From Phoronis australis (taxonomy: Eukaryota > Animalia > Phoronida), in assembly GCA_002633005.1 (NCBI GenBank), contig NMRA01000943.1, positions 25,270-89,269 on the forward strand: a stretch of 64,000 bases of DNA, in the 5' to 3' direction. The stretch's first letter is position 1; every line of letters begins with the position of its first letter. The notes under the pieces were generated by a model that ran no database searches, was not told the DNA's origin, and saw nothing but the letters and a program-made list of their open reading frames with translations. Position numbers and translations under genes: made by a program. Positions 24,241-38,226 of this stretch are shown piece after piece.

Positions 24241-27200
24241 AAACAAGTGTGCTGCCCAACAGTTAAGGGTACCTTCTACATGCCCTCCCATGTATGTGCA
24301 CATTTAGGCTGACATGCCTTTATTCTAAACAATGCCTCTTTAATTTTGTTTTTTCCAGTGTGCAATATTAATAAAATATATTTGAAGTGCAATTCCATTT
24401 GAGAAGGAGGTACAATATGATAACATTTTGATCAACTGTGAAACAAATATTCATCCTAGCGAATTAATTGATAGTACATCAATTGCCAGGTCTCATGGTA
24501 GCTTTCAATGCATAGATTAACTTTTGATTGATCTTTTTGTCTGACTGAGAAAATTGCTTCTAAAGGGATGTGACGGACGCACACACAGAACTTGAATTAA
24601 AAAAAAAGATTTTTGACATTTCTGTGAACTTTAAAAAAGTTACTTTAGTTTTATATGATCATTTAGTGAAATGTTTGTGAAGTACAATACATTATGATAT
24701 CTTCAAAGAAATTTTTGTCAGACAACTCAATGTAAGTAGAGTGAGTGTGAGGGATGTACGTACGCTCTGAATTTCTAGTTAAACTCTGTGTTTCTTGTGG
24801 CTCGTCTTTTGCAAGTGATTAAAATTACATTAATATGGAGTGAAACTTATATTAATTAATCAAAATACACCTTTTGGATGAAATCATCACTTCAGTTAAG
24901 CCTATGGGCACATACACTAAGATGTAAAATTTTTCAACACATTTGATCAAATATATAAAAACAGCCCCCTCAAATCCTCACTTCTCTTGAAAGTTGGTAA
25001 ACAATGTGGAATCCGATGACAATAAGTGCGATCATCATTGTATATTTGATACCTGTTAGCACTTAGGAAAACTGTTTTTGAGTTAAGTAGGAATACAAAT
25101 GTGAAACTAGCCAGTAAGTGAATGTCGCTGTCCTGAGTGTGGAGTAGTTTAAAACATTACTAATCACCAGTTAAAAATGCATTTTGAGTATTTGTATTTT
25201 TGAATTAGGACTCATCCTAAGCTTGGGCACAGGTTGCGTGGGCGTGTCGCTGGTCTTTCTGATGTACAAAGGCAAATGTTTTAAAAATATCCGTATCTTC
25301 TTATGACAAAGTCTCAAGCAGATAATTGGTTCAGCGTGGTTCAGTTGACCGCATCAACCTATGGCATTCATATTGTAATCCAAGACACAGGTGATCTCTT
25401 ACAGTGTAAAGGCAAACATTAAATAACATTAAATTTAGGCATATGTGGAGTTAATAAAATTATCAGTGGCTTGACCTTATTAGTGATTAGAATATTCATT
25501 CAGCTTTTTAAGTCATGACTTCATTCTAATTTTAAAGAGAAGTGTTAAATAAAATCACACCAGGGTTCATAGAGGTATAATTATTTATTTCTAATTTGGC
25601 ATTTTTTCAAGTTTCAGAGAACACAGTCAGATATTTCTTCTCCTCCCAGTTGGCATCCATTCTCGCTTAGTCTCCAACTATTCCCTTTTCTCATTTCTGA
25701 GCCCTAGTTCACTTTCCATGGAGTTCAATAGAGAAAAATAACCTTACTTAAAAAAATGCGAGATCAAGGTTTTTGATTTGTGAGAAATATGTGAAATCAA
25801 ATTATGTAATCACCAATACTAAGAAATCAGTTCATAGAAGGCACCAAAGACATTGAAAAACACAAGAGTGACAAAAGCCAGTCAAGGTGAGCCAAAAATG
25901 CTTGATGAATTAGCTCACAGGTTGCTAGCTCTTAAAAATACCCAATGTCGGCTTTTTCAACATAAAGCATAGCACTGAAGGTCAGAGCAGAAAACTGTAC
26001 GTTGATTCCAGGAGACCAACAAGTCGAGATGCGTTCATTACAAATTAACAGTTTGTTTTATTTACATTCAAAATGAAGTCTGGTTGAATTCTTACTAAGA
26101 ATCCAATAGATGGCGCTGTAAGGCAGAGCCTTTTTCAGTGGATCAAGCTGAATGAGTAGCAACATATTTACTTGATTTTTATCTGTTTGTAAAAACTTAA
26201 CAGTTTTAGGTTCTTAGATGTGAGACATATTTTATTTTCTGAAAGTCTGGAACATAAAAATAAGACCTAAGGATATTTTTATTGGCTGCAAAATTGTATT
26301 TTCACAGCTGTGATGGACGTTGGTGACGGGATAGAAAAATTCTCTGTACATCTGTCACGCCATTCATGACTTTAATAAACAGTCCCTGGAATCTGAAGTT
26401 TTGGTCAACAGTATTGACAAACAAGAGAACCTGAAATTATTTTAATTTTGATTGCAAACTTTTGACGTAACTGAACAAACTTGTTAGCAAATTTTTGTGA
26501 TAAACATACAGCTTGATATCCAGGAAATGGAGGTTGACAATGTGCCACAGATCAAATGATATTTTTTGGATAGTAAATAGACTTCGTGTGATTGCAAAAA
26601 TTCAGTAATATAACTTAATTTAGCCATAATTAGCTTATGTGTAAAAATAATCAGTAACACACATCAATATGTGGGTAATTTTTAAGGGACAAGTGACCCT
26701 TAAGTCATAATAAAATCTCCTCGAGATCAGAATGACTTGTATGGGACACAGACGATGGTGTGAAATGGAACAAAACATTGGTTTTGGCTATTTGAGGGCC
26801 AGCTTAATGCTATAGGTGATCGGGGGGGGGGGGGGGGGGCNAAACACTTTATACCATGAACCCATGTGATATCAAGGTGTATCGGATTCTAAACAATAAT
26901 TATACAATTGAATGCGACAGTGCAATTACCTGTTCAAATTTCAGCTCCATGGAAAAAATTAGAAAGTTTATCTGGGCTTTGAATGGGTAACTAGCCCGCA
27001 TGGAGGCTTACAATATTGCAAACAGAAGAGAATCATGGTTATGATTCACACACAATAGGCCTTTTGAAAGTGAAATGAAGGTGGGTGAAAGTAGTTCTTT
27101 GTGAACTCTGTTCTTAATCGTGCAAGTCCCAGCAAACACAGCTTTAATAGGGCTTAATGGTCCTGGATGAGAAAATAGTTTTATCACCCCCTATGGTTTT

Positions 27201-28119
27201 TGAATAGACAGGCCTGGAATGTTACAACAATAGCACCCCGACCAGCAACTATAACTTATTCAAGGTAATATGTGTGTATGCTATGCCACAACTAAATTGA
27301 TTGTGTGATTTTTTGCTGGAAGTATTATGTATATCAGCAAAGCGACAAGTCTTTTCAATGCTTTGTTTGGATTTCAGAAAAAATTCATCTTCACGAAATG
27401 TTTGGTTTATCAGTTGTCATGCCTTATGAAGGTAAACATAGGGGTTTGTGGAAAAGTGCTATAATACCCTAGGCCCAGTGTTTTGGCATATTAGGCTACA
27501 TTGAGGATGCAGGTACTCACCTCAGCCTCAGCAGGATTGGGTCTCTTCATGCTGAATACTACTTCTACTAGTAGTACCAGCATTAGTACACCCATTGGAT
27601 ATAGAGTGCTCTGATTTAGTGAACCAGATTCACCTAACAGCCTTGTGTGTTACTTCATAATTTACAATTTCTTAATTATTGCAAATATAGAGTATCTTGG
27701 CCAGGAAGAGAGGATATTAACTTGACAAAGAGCTCCAGGAAAGTTTCCTTTACTTTACTATTAGAAGTAGTAACACCAGCAGGGGAGTTTTAATACAGGA
27801 GGATGCACCCCATGAACATTAATAGTGCATAACAGACGTCCCGACCACGGGTGACATAAGGCCAGGGGCTAGACAGTGCAGACTGGTTTTGACATTCCCT
27901 GAATGGCCTGATGCCAGACCGACTTGTTTTAGAGTGTGTGACCAAACTCAGTTCACTAACAGTAAAAAGGACGAGAGCTCACCGATCTTTCTGCCACGGA
28001 ATTCATAACTTAGCTTCACAGAGACGGAGGCACGTTAAAAGGATCATCTGGGACATCCCATGACAGCTTAGATGCATGCTGAAACTGTCAAAAGAACCAC
28101 AACAACTCTATACTGTCAC

Positions 28120-28630
28120 ATTACACCCGGAAATTGTACAGTCCTCGACTTCCGTGTTGATGCAGTCACGTGCTGTGATTACTGCGACACCTATAGCAAT
28201 AATAAGTTAGTATTCCTCCCAACAGGGCGGGACGGTGGACGCAGTGGCGGATTTAGAGGGGGACCATGGCCCCCCTAACATTCTCCCACATTCCATTAAG
28301 GACTTCGGGGGTGCAAATGTCTGGCGAGCAAAATACTGGCATATACTCTACCCTGGCCCCCCTAACACAAAATCCTGGATCCGTCCCTGGGATGTAGGCG
28401 GAATTTCAAGAGAATGCGCTCTGGAGCGATTGCGTTTGTCATTACTATTAATAGAACACGGGTTGGCTCGTAGTCGGGGCTGGGGGAACAACTAACGTTT
28501 ACCAGTTTTAATTTTCAAAAGAGTACATGTATGCTTTCAAAAGAAATATCATTAAAATAGAACGCTGCAATATTAAAAAAGTGCGCATGCGTCCTCACTA
28601 AGTAATCAGTAGCACGCACGCGCCCAAAAA
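28120..28630. promoter_or_regulatory. Possible housekeeping-type promoter region upstream of the minus-strand ASS1-like transcript
   Basis: Locally CpG-richer; CCGGAA (ETS-like, ~28127), CACGTG E-box (~28167), TGCGCATGCG (NRF1-like, ~28582); minus-strand splice-donor-like sites near 27980 and 27520. Confidence 0.25.
28242..28389. mobile_element. Short MITE with CAGTGGCGGAT… / …GGATCCGTCCCTG termini; related ends at ~122, 48442 and ~56170
   Basis: Imperfect TIRs and internal GGCCCCCCTAACA repeats; similar CAGTGGCGGATCTAG terminus at 48442. Confidence 0.6.
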
Positions 28631-29013
28631 ATCTGAAAGCAAACGAAACAGAAAAAACGGCCTATTTTAGGCCTATTTTGCGCAGGTCAATACAATTTCC
28701 GCGGTAATATATACCTTGTTTTAATACCAATATATACATGCGTATCTATGGCAAATGTGAGTCGAATTTGACAACAAAAACGCCGTGGCCGACGTAACTG
28801 AGCTAATTTATTGTTAATTTTCAAAATTAAATGACAAAAAGGCAGACGTTGACAGGCTATTTACGCACATATCCGCACTGTAAAGTGGCTCGTATTAACG
28901 CATGAGCTTATATTCGAGTAAGACCCTGTGTTGTCTGAAATGTTTTCTTTCGGATAGGAAGCACGGTTTTCGACTGGCGAGTTCAATGTTATTTAAAGAC
29001 AAGTCAATTGGTA

Positions 29014-29281
29014 CTGTGGCCCAAAAGTATCACGGGTATTGTTGTTAAATATATTTTTTTCAGCAATATTAAAATTATGTCCTCTAGGTTGAAACTATAT
29101 GTACAACCGGGTGGAAATTAATTCAAATTATTTGCGCATGGGTGGACAATAATTTCACCTACACTGTAGTATGTGAATTCATTCTCACCTAGGTGTAAGT
29201 TTTTCCACCTTCAGTGTAGGTGAAAAAAGATAAATAGAAAAGTTATTTAACCAAAATAGCGATGATACTTTTGGGCCACCG
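29014..29281. mobile_element. Tc1/mariner-type MITE (268 bp) with TA target-site duplication
   Basis: ta|CTGTGGCCCAAAAGTATC … GATACTTTTGGGCCACCG|ta; 18-bp TIR with one mismatch, resembling Tc1 ends. Confidence 0.8.
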
Positions 29282-31988
29282 TAATTTGGTAATTTAATGA
29301 CTTGTAAAATTCAGTATAGCGTCAACTATTATAGAATACATGGAATTTATTCGGAAGCGTTTCCACGTCATACATAAGTAGTCAAGGCATTACCCGTTTT
29401 CACGAAAGACGTCGCTCTAGTCGACTGGCGAAAATAATAATACACGCTAGTGTTGGGATACGTAGTGAATGGCCATTTCCAGTATAACATTTCTAATTGC
29501 CCGCCTTAAAGTTTATGTTTTTTCAAAAATGTGGCATTCACATATTTTTTAAATTATTGCGCCAGAAATATGAGCTCCCTGAGACGACTTCTGTTGATTT
29601 CCATGACGTAGCAAATTTTTGTCAGCCATTTTCAGGCCTTCTGATTTTTGACGCTGTTTTAGCAGCTTTGAAAATCGATTTCTATTTAGTGTATGGGCCA
29701 ATTCACATGAAATATTGCATACTTATTTTATGGTCTATGGTTGAAGGAACCGTCTTTCGGCTGAGATTTCGGCCTTCAATAATGAAAACTTAGTGACGTC
29801 GTTGGATCTTCGAAGGTCGTTATCTTTGTTGTTTGAAGGTAAAAAATCTGAGACAACATCCCTGCGTATTGATGGTAAGAACAAATAGTTCAAACACGAA
29901 ATTAGCCGCAGTTCTGTTGTTAAATATTCATGTTCAAAACAAAATAACAATTTTCCACAAAAAGGATCACGACCAATTGACAGTTTACTATCATGTAACC
30001 TTTTAACCACGAATCCATATTTTTCAGTAATTAAGCATTCGTAAATGTTACAGTTATATGATTTAAAAATGAAACGCAAAAATTATCTAATGAAACGTAA
30101 AAGGGCTAATCAATGAAGTCGACAATATGAACAATAATGTCACTATTATAAATGATAAATATACATCAATAGCCTGCAAAGTTAAAGTCTGGAACAACAT
30201 TTTTACCTTAATGTTATTTTTTACGCCAAAGTTACAAAAATACCGGTTATGAGATAAAAATTTATTTTTGCTTTGCGAGTTGACCAAAATCGTATTCTCA
30301 ATGTTCCTCGTAAAGTCGAGGTAATACATGTATTTGTAAGCACTTAACGTCAATCCTTGCCTCGTGCTATGTTTCATAAAATGTCGGAGCAGCTGAAGTT
30401 CAATTAGATTTAGGTAGATTTTAGCTATCACTTATATTTTGTCAGCTCAAATCTTTTCTCGAGTGTCAAAAAACTTTAGAAGCTGGACTCTGACGTGTGT
30501 CTAAATGAACATACATGTACAGTACAGGATAAAAATGTTTCATCGATTGATTTCACGGTGACAACATACAAGATAATACATTTCGTTGCTCTCACCACAA
30601 AAACAGAATCGAAAATAGATAACAAGTCGTTGAATACACAGATGTCCTATATATACACATATGCACAAACGTTTCGTTTTAACTGAGTCAAAACATTATC
30701 ATCGACCAGTGGAAAAAATCCCACAAGTGAGTGTAAATATTAACGTACTGTAGATGCATGGTAATATCCATCGCTTAATCAACCCATGGTCAGTGATTGT
30801 GTTTATTGTAAGCATGACATGTAAACAATACGTTATCTACAGTCAGTGCCTTGGCCTTAAAACTAATGTGTTAACTATATTTCAGTTAGTAATTGCTTTG
30901 GCCTAAAACCAAATTGTTGGCAGTTCAACTCTTGACCAATTCCTCTGTCCTTCCTTGGTCGGAGTTGCTCTCTTGAGTTGCACTCTGTACATGCGTGTTT
31001 GTTTAGGCATATAAATAAACGTGTTCAACGTGATTCACAATTTATTGATCTAGTCCAAAAATATATCCTACTATACCCTTGATTTGATTTGAAACTTTGT
31101 TCAGAATTGGATTGCCTTCAGGAAATGTTTTACAATTTTTTTCATTAAACACACCTCTTGCTCTCTTCTTTTCCAGTTTAATTTTCGGTAACATATGACA
31201 CTGGAACACAGTCCACACGATAAAACGAATGCAATCGTTGTACAAGTATAATCAAACAACTAATAATGAACAAAAAGGCACGATCTCGAGCTTTACATAC
31301 AGTAGGTGACTACACGAGGTACATGTACTTGACTGCAACACGTTTTCATTGGACAACACAGTGTATGCAAACAAGCTAGACTGTACAAACGCCATGCAGG
31401 CTTTCTTAGAGACTGGGTCACATTAAGATGATACTAAACTAGAGTCTTCATCAAAATGGACCTATTTTAACATTTCCCCTATTTTAGTCTTCACATTTTA
31501 TCTGTTAACAAACGATTCTTTCTACAAAGAGAACCAATGCGCTATGACCGCTATCAACCCTCAAAAGTAAGCAGGAAGTCTGAAGACCCTAGTCTACGAA
31601 GTTACTTTGGTATATGTCCGCAATGAGTGTGCCACAGCTGAGGGTGACCGTGGCAGGCTTTTGCCACGGAAGGAAAAAAATCATGCCTAAGTAGGTGACA
31701 GAGCCTAGGCTGTGTGCTGTAGACGCAATACTGTACACTTGCAATTAATGAGCAAGGTCACGCAAGTCTTCGCAAAATTTCGAGATACATTTCGAGCGAA
31801 ACACGTGTCACACTTATTGCTTTGCTCGCGAGAGTCTTGCGTCTATGGAATTTTCACCGGTTTGGGTGAAATCAGTAAATTAGGGTTTAGTTGTATTTAT
31901 AATAGATCATAAAATAGTTTTTATCCTAAATTATTATGTACATAAATGTTACTGAACGATTGTAAGAGCTGGTTGACTTGTATACAAG

Positions 31989-34900
31989 CTAATTCCCATG
32001 AAGCTCACAGGTACGTGTATTTTGCCTTGCAAGAAACTTGTGACATCTTTGCATCTTTGAACAAGCAAAAGCGCACTGCGATTGGGTTGACGTGACTTTT
32101 TGAATCAACGATGACGTAGGAAGAACTCCAGTTCGCAAGAAAGTGAAAAATCCGCAGGTGCCGTCCGAGTTGAAGATTTTGCGGTAAATTCTTCCGAAAT
32201 TCCCAAAAGCAGCTTGAGTCGTTTGCTCTACGCTGGGCGACGTCGAACTCAGTGTTGTCTGCTCAGTTGGGACAGTCTGCACGCCCAGTGTTACCGGGTC
32301 AGCTGCAATAGTCTGAACGCTCACTGTTACCGGGTCAGCTGGGATTGTCGAAATGGTCGTAGGTACCGGGTCTCCAGCAGTTTCTTCATTCTTTGCATTG
32401 GCTAAATAAATACAAGAGAAAATCTGATAATTAAACCGTAAATGAGACGAATAGTGTGGAGGACCGAGGATATATAGTGATATGATGATGAACGATGAAC
32501 ATGATGACGAAGAAGGCGGTGGTGGTGGTGATGATGATGGTGGTGGTGATGAAGGTGATGATAATCACGATGACGGTGACTCCAAATGATGATGATGTTG
32601 ATGACTACCATCATGATGGTGATGATGTTTATGGTAATAATGACGACGACCAAAATCTTGGCAACAACGTTTTGTGTAGCAATGTCAATTAATAACGAAG
32701 AATGATGTTACGGCACAGTCACATAAAAGTCAGACGTCGATTCGATGATTCTGCTGCCTGCCGGAGTCAAGAACCACTAATCGCTGCAGATGAGACAATA
32801 AAAATGGTGCTATCGGCCGATCATTGCCCGTTACGTGGATAATGTAGTGAGGATTGGTGACGACGATTACAATGATGCTGATGACGTCAATGAGTAAGAA
32901 TAATGGACAATGACAATGACAAATAAAATGACGATATTGGTGATAACGAAGATAATAATAACAGCAACACCAGCAGCGAAAACAACAGCAACAACGACGA
33001 TAAATTAATAACAACAAAAAAGTAAAAACAACAATAACAATAACAATATCGATAATAACAGTGATAATAATAATGAAATAAATGATGATGATGATGGTGG
33101 TGGTGGTGATGGTGGTGATGGTGATGGTGGTGATGGTGATGGTGGTGATGGNTGATGGTTGTTATGTTGATGATGAAGATGATGATGATGGTGATAATGA
33201 TGATGATGATGATGACGTCAATGAATATGAATAATGGACGATAAAGTAATAATAACAAAAAAGTAAAAACAACAATAACAATATCGATAATAACAATGAT
33301 AATAATAATAATAATAATGAAATAAATGATGATGATAATGGTGGTGGTGATGATGATGGTGGTGATGGTTATTATGTTGATGATGAAGATGATGATGATA
33401 ATGGTGGTGGTGATGGTGATGATATTTTTGGTAGACGTGATCTTGGATTACAAACTCCAAAACAGTGAATCTCAGACAGATTTTCATAGTTAACATAAAA
33501 ATGACGAGAAACCAAGAAATTCGCGCGAAAATGTTCATAGCTGCGGAAGTTCATGCATAAACATGAGGCATGGGAATGTTCCCCTTCTTTATGTCTTTGT
33601 GATCAGTAATGATTTTAACAAACAGTTTCATGCGTTAAAACGTAGCATTTTTGACGAAATGGGGATCAACGAAAAGATATACCTACAGTTCTCGGTCGTG
33701 GTCTGATGCTCTGCTGGGTAGCTACATGTACATATACGTCTGGCGTAATCCCACTTTTGTAATAAATGACACAGGTTATTTCAAACACGCTTACCATTAA
33801 TCCACCTGCTTTAGTTTCAACGAAGGTCTGGAAGATTACAACGTGAATTGGCGACTTAAAACTAAAGCACAAAACACTTTGCTGTTTTGCAGGTCTATAG
33901 TCAAAACTGACAACTTCAGAAAATTTATACTATCAACAATGACTCCAAGAATGCGCTTTTCCTACACAAATCGAATAAAGTCCTATGGTGACAAAAATAA
34001 CTTACCAAAAGGGTCATGTTCTCCACTGCATACTTTTACATAAGCATTCATGCTCAAAGAAGTCTTCAAAGTTAATGGCCAGTCCTTGTATATATAGCAA
34101 TTGCCATTCTGTGAGCCCGTCTCCCACTGTACCAGTTTACAGCTGGGGTCGTCTATGCATGTCTGCCGGCAGCTATTTTCGTTCTGAATACCTATTAATT
34201 AAAGATCAAAAAACTGCGATTAGTCGAGAGAAGCTTAAGTTGAGAGAAGAATAATATCACTAGAGATTGATCTCGGAGGGGGCTCTCTAAAATCTGAGAT
34301 AACCCATCCCGTATCAGACTCGTTGAAACGACGTTAAAACACGCTGGCCGCTTAAATTTGTTGGACTCCAGTCTGGTGAAAAAGACAGTTAAAGTTCAAA
34401 ATAAACGAGACTCTTTTTATACAGTTTTTCATGCGGGGTAACTTATGCAGTTGTTCATGCGGCCTGGTAACTTATGCAGTTGTTCATGCCGGGTAACTTA
34501 TGCAGTTGTTCATGCGGGGCCAACCTTCAATCCGTCATTCATGGAATTGAAACCAGCGTAATATGCACGTGCATAAATATTGCCACACAAGGCAAGAATA
34601 AAAGTTTTCAGAACAAAAAAGAGGAACTGTTCCCAGCACAGCCTGGCGTGTACATGTACATTGAAGTGAAATTATAGTTGACCTCTGAGAGAAAGTGCAC
34701 GGGTCTACTAGATAAATGGTTGAAGCAAATTAACAAAACTGTGCTTGGTCTCAGCTGGCAACCATAAGTGAATGGGGTTTAAAAAACTAAATTACCTCTC
34801 GAGGGTCCTGTAGGTTTTGTTATGTGGTTTTTGTAGCACACTAAAGAACAGCCATTTCTTCCTGAAAGCAAGAAATTCACAGTAACGTTTTATAGAACCA

Positions 34901-35370
34901 TCTTTAAATATATTTTGAGCTTATCGCAGTAATTGCCAACGGCCACGTATGACGCAAATATGCTCAATATACATTGGGTGATTCAAGAAGACATCCTCTA
35001 GTGAGCCTTCTCCAAGATGATCGATGACCGTCGGGTATGCCGTTAGTATTTTGCGATTCCTCCTTTGGATATTGTAGACCTCCCTTTCCGCTTGCGTGGA
35101 TTGATATAATGATTTCAACAAAGACAATTGTGATATTAAATGTAGGCTAAAGATTGGATGACCTAATTACGCAGTGGATGATAAACTTTAACACCACAGT
35201 GTATTAGCTCATCTATAGCGTCTCTTCTTGTAGATATTCCGTCTTTCGTTTCAAAGTGAAAACGTACCTGCCACAGGACAGCAATTGGCGGCATGTTCTG
35301 CCAAGAATATTGAGCCACAAATCAGTGCGACGACATTTACGTCTACACGTCTGACCAGTCGAGCTGACAT
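31989..35370 (-). CDS. Putative secreted protein with two PAN/apple-like domains and a Thr-rich linker; complement(join(31989-32401,[33683-33721 optional],34006-34191,34796-34861,35268-35370)), ~255-268 aa
   Basis: Phase-1 GT-AG introns join MSARLVRRVDVNVVALICGSIFLAEHAANC (signal-like), GCSLVCYKNH…SCRQTCIDDPSCKLVQW…NCYIY…YVKVC (PAN pattern C-x3-C-x5-C), ADPVT repeats, and QCAFACSKMQRCHKF…TCELHGN-stop. Confidence 0.72.
32478..33425. repeat. Compound trinucleotide microsatellite region (GAT/GGT/AAT/AAC) in an intron of the PAN gene
   Basis: Long imperfect (GAT)n, (GGT)n and (AAT)n tracts with a ~330-bp-period internal duplication around N33152. Source of the spurious poly-His/Ile ORFs. Confidence 0.9.
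34428..34519 (+). repeat. ~27-29-bp tandem repeat, ~3 copies
   Basis: TTCATGC..GGTAACTTATGCAGTTG units. Confidence 0.85.
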
Positions 35371-38185
35371 GCTTTTCCTTCAGGGCAGAGGGCGCTATTT
35401 CTGCAATCAAAATTAATTATTTTGCGTGATCTTGAAACACACATTTGTGAATGCGATTTAATCTATTACCCTGCAACTAGAAGTCGTCTGGGTCAGAATA
35501 GTTACTGGAAAGGGATTTCTCAACTTCCAACCATTGGCTAAACTTTAGGACGTCAACTTCGTTTTTCATGCAGTCAAACCGTGGAACCGGTCATCATTTG
35601 ACATCATGCCCAAAGCGAAACTGCTATTCTGTGTCACGTGCTAGCGCTGACTAAGGTACATGTGGCAGTGGGGGGTTCTGGAACACCTCGGGTACTTCAT
35701 GGGAGCACCCGGGGGGAGGGGCTCGGGGGACTCGAACGAGCCTCTCCCCCCAAACCAATTTGGCGAATTAGGCAAAAGTTCCACCTCAGTGAAACAAAAA
35801 GTCCGAGTAAATGAGACTAAATTCCACAAAGTCCACAGGAATTCAGTGCGCCTTGCGCGATTGGCAGGCTTGAACCTAGTGACCCCGTTTTTTTTAGTCC
35901 TCGTTGAGTTTTTTCAGTGAAACGTCCACATATCGAAGGATTCGAGCCCCCTGTATTTTAGGCTGGGTGCGCATGTACTTTCGCAGCTTTAAGATAATCT
36001 GAGGCAACAGAAATATCCGAATTGTTCCAGATGCGTAAACCGAGTCGTGTTGCCCCACCCTTTACTTCGGCACTGACAAAATCTCATTTAGTTTTCACCA
36101 CATTCAGTGACGTCGTGACGGAGAACAGTGCTGTTGCGCCCGTACGCTAGCTAACAGAGTGGAGAACAGCCAATGCGCCGTCAAACCATCCACAGGCAAA
36201 AATAAAAAGATAACGTAATTATAGGTGGTCGAGGAAGACTTTCTTTAGTGATAGGGTAAAGAAAATGTGAACTCACCCCCAGGCGGTCGACACTAGTTTC
36301 ACCCATGTCAGCCCCAGTCCTTACCCGTTTATATTGCCCTGACGCCCTTGTATCCCCGGTGGTCACGAAGTTTCGGCTTCTCTTGAGCTTTTTTAAATCA
36401 ATGGTACACAAGTCTAGGATATTTTTTTCTGGTCGCTTAATTTAGTGGGAGGGTACCAACCCCATTCCACGATAGGGGTCGCTCGCCCCCTGCCCCGCCT
36501 TCATACTTCTTTGAGTAAAACATAGGTAAAACAAGCCAAGTTATTGGTCAGGAGATTTTGGACTAAATGGCGTCCGCTTACAGCGTCACTGGTCAGTCTT
36601 TCGGAATAGCACTGACATTGGAGTTAAAAGTTATCGATAAATATCACAACTCTTATAATTCATTATCTTTTCTGAAGGTTCGAACAGGAAATCAAAATGC
36701 AAAACGCTAAAACTTGGATAATTGTTTCGTTTAACCCCACTTCACACTGTTTCTTACCTTAAGCTACATTTTGCCGTGTTTAGCTGGCTAAAAATAATAA
36801 TTAGTCTCACAGTATTCAGTCTTTAGCATGACCGCATTCCACCTCCGTTACCGACTCAAATCCCAACGAGGCAAAATGCGTGCACATGTAAATGAAGTTC
36901 AAACCCAATAAACTTTGAAGCGTTTTCTTGAGCAGATGGTTTCGATGTTCTTGTCGGTAACAGAGAAAGGATCCTATCCCAGTAAATTTATGAGACCGAT
37001 TTTATGAGAGCTTTTGTCCATTTCAATTATCCTTCTTGGCCAGAAAATTTGTGCGATATGTACTGTAACTTTAAGCAGACGTCTCAGTAAACCTGACCCT
37101 TTAAGAAAAAAAAATGTTCAAACTCGTTATCTCTTCTGAAAGAGCGCTCATCAATAAATCTTTAAAAATCTAAAATCTGGATTGTTTCCCTACCGCTTGA
37201 GATGCTTCAAAGTCTGTTTTCATGTAAGAAGACGTGGCAGGCATCTGTATTGTAACAGTTTAGAGTAGAATATTCAGGCAAGCTGTCTAGCCGAAGGTAA
37301 GTAGAAACAATCATCGACTCTGTTCTTTTTATTTTTTATCCCACGCCGTTGAATCTGTCGGGGGAAATACGGTCAGGAAATAAAGTTTTCCGCATTCACC
37401 TCCCGCACTAATTTAACAGAGACCTCTGACATGGAAAGTTCACTGAAAAGGTAGGTCAATGTCGACTCGACGTCTTCTGACCCGGTTCGATCATCAAACT
37501 TTCCGAATATAGTTTAAAGTAACACAGTTGCAACAGTGTAACTAACAATCGACATGCAACCAGGCCCTAAACTTAAAATCTGGAACAAAACTGTTAATTA
37601 TAAGACACTTATGTCTCAGTTCTCAATTGCTGAATAGTACATGTATATCATGTGCAAATCAGGCGCCGATTCCTAGGAAATTAAAAAATTAAATATTGTT
37701 GTTTTGTAACTATTTCCAGAGGATGTTACAAGTTCACTGCTCAGTTGCCGTTGTTTTCATCTTTGCTACCTCTTTTCATGAAATAAATCGTTACTTTCTA
37801 AAACTGTCACTTTTACAAGAGAAAACTTGCAACTTAACGAGCAAGGACATACATACATGTATAGGATGTGATCCGCCATGTGAACCGCCTGGATGAAGTA
37901 TTTGAAAAATCTGCCAAAAATGCAAGAAACTTAGGGATTCGAAGCGCATGGGATAAATACAAAACGTACCTCGATTGGCGTACATGAAGTAATATCCCAC
38001 TCGACCTTATTCCGCGGAATAATGTCTCGTGGTATATTTATTTACTTCTCGGTACGTTATGTGTATTTCTTATGCGACAGCTAAAACTAAGACTTCAAAC
38101 CTATTTTTTATATTTCTATTTTTTTATACATTTATTGGCAATGAGAAAAACATTACAATATCACAAAAAGACAAAGAACATCGCA

Positions 38186-38226
38186 GACACACACACATAC
38201 ACACACGCGCGCGCGCGCGCGCGCAT
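38186..38226. repeat. (CA)n(CG)n alternating purine-pyrimidine microsatellite
   Basis: acacacacacatacacacacgcgcgcgcgcgcgcgcgcat. Confidence 0.9.

Noticed and set aside
32402-33554. Poly-His/poly-Ile ORFs resembling metal-binding proteins
   Set aside because: Translations of (GAT/GGT)n microsatellite inside an intron of the PAN gene; no splice or domain support.
35272-35400. Kringle-like reading (HVSSTGQTC…) using a GC donor
   Set aside because: Another frame gives an ATG, a signal-like peptide and a canonical GT donor in the correct phase.
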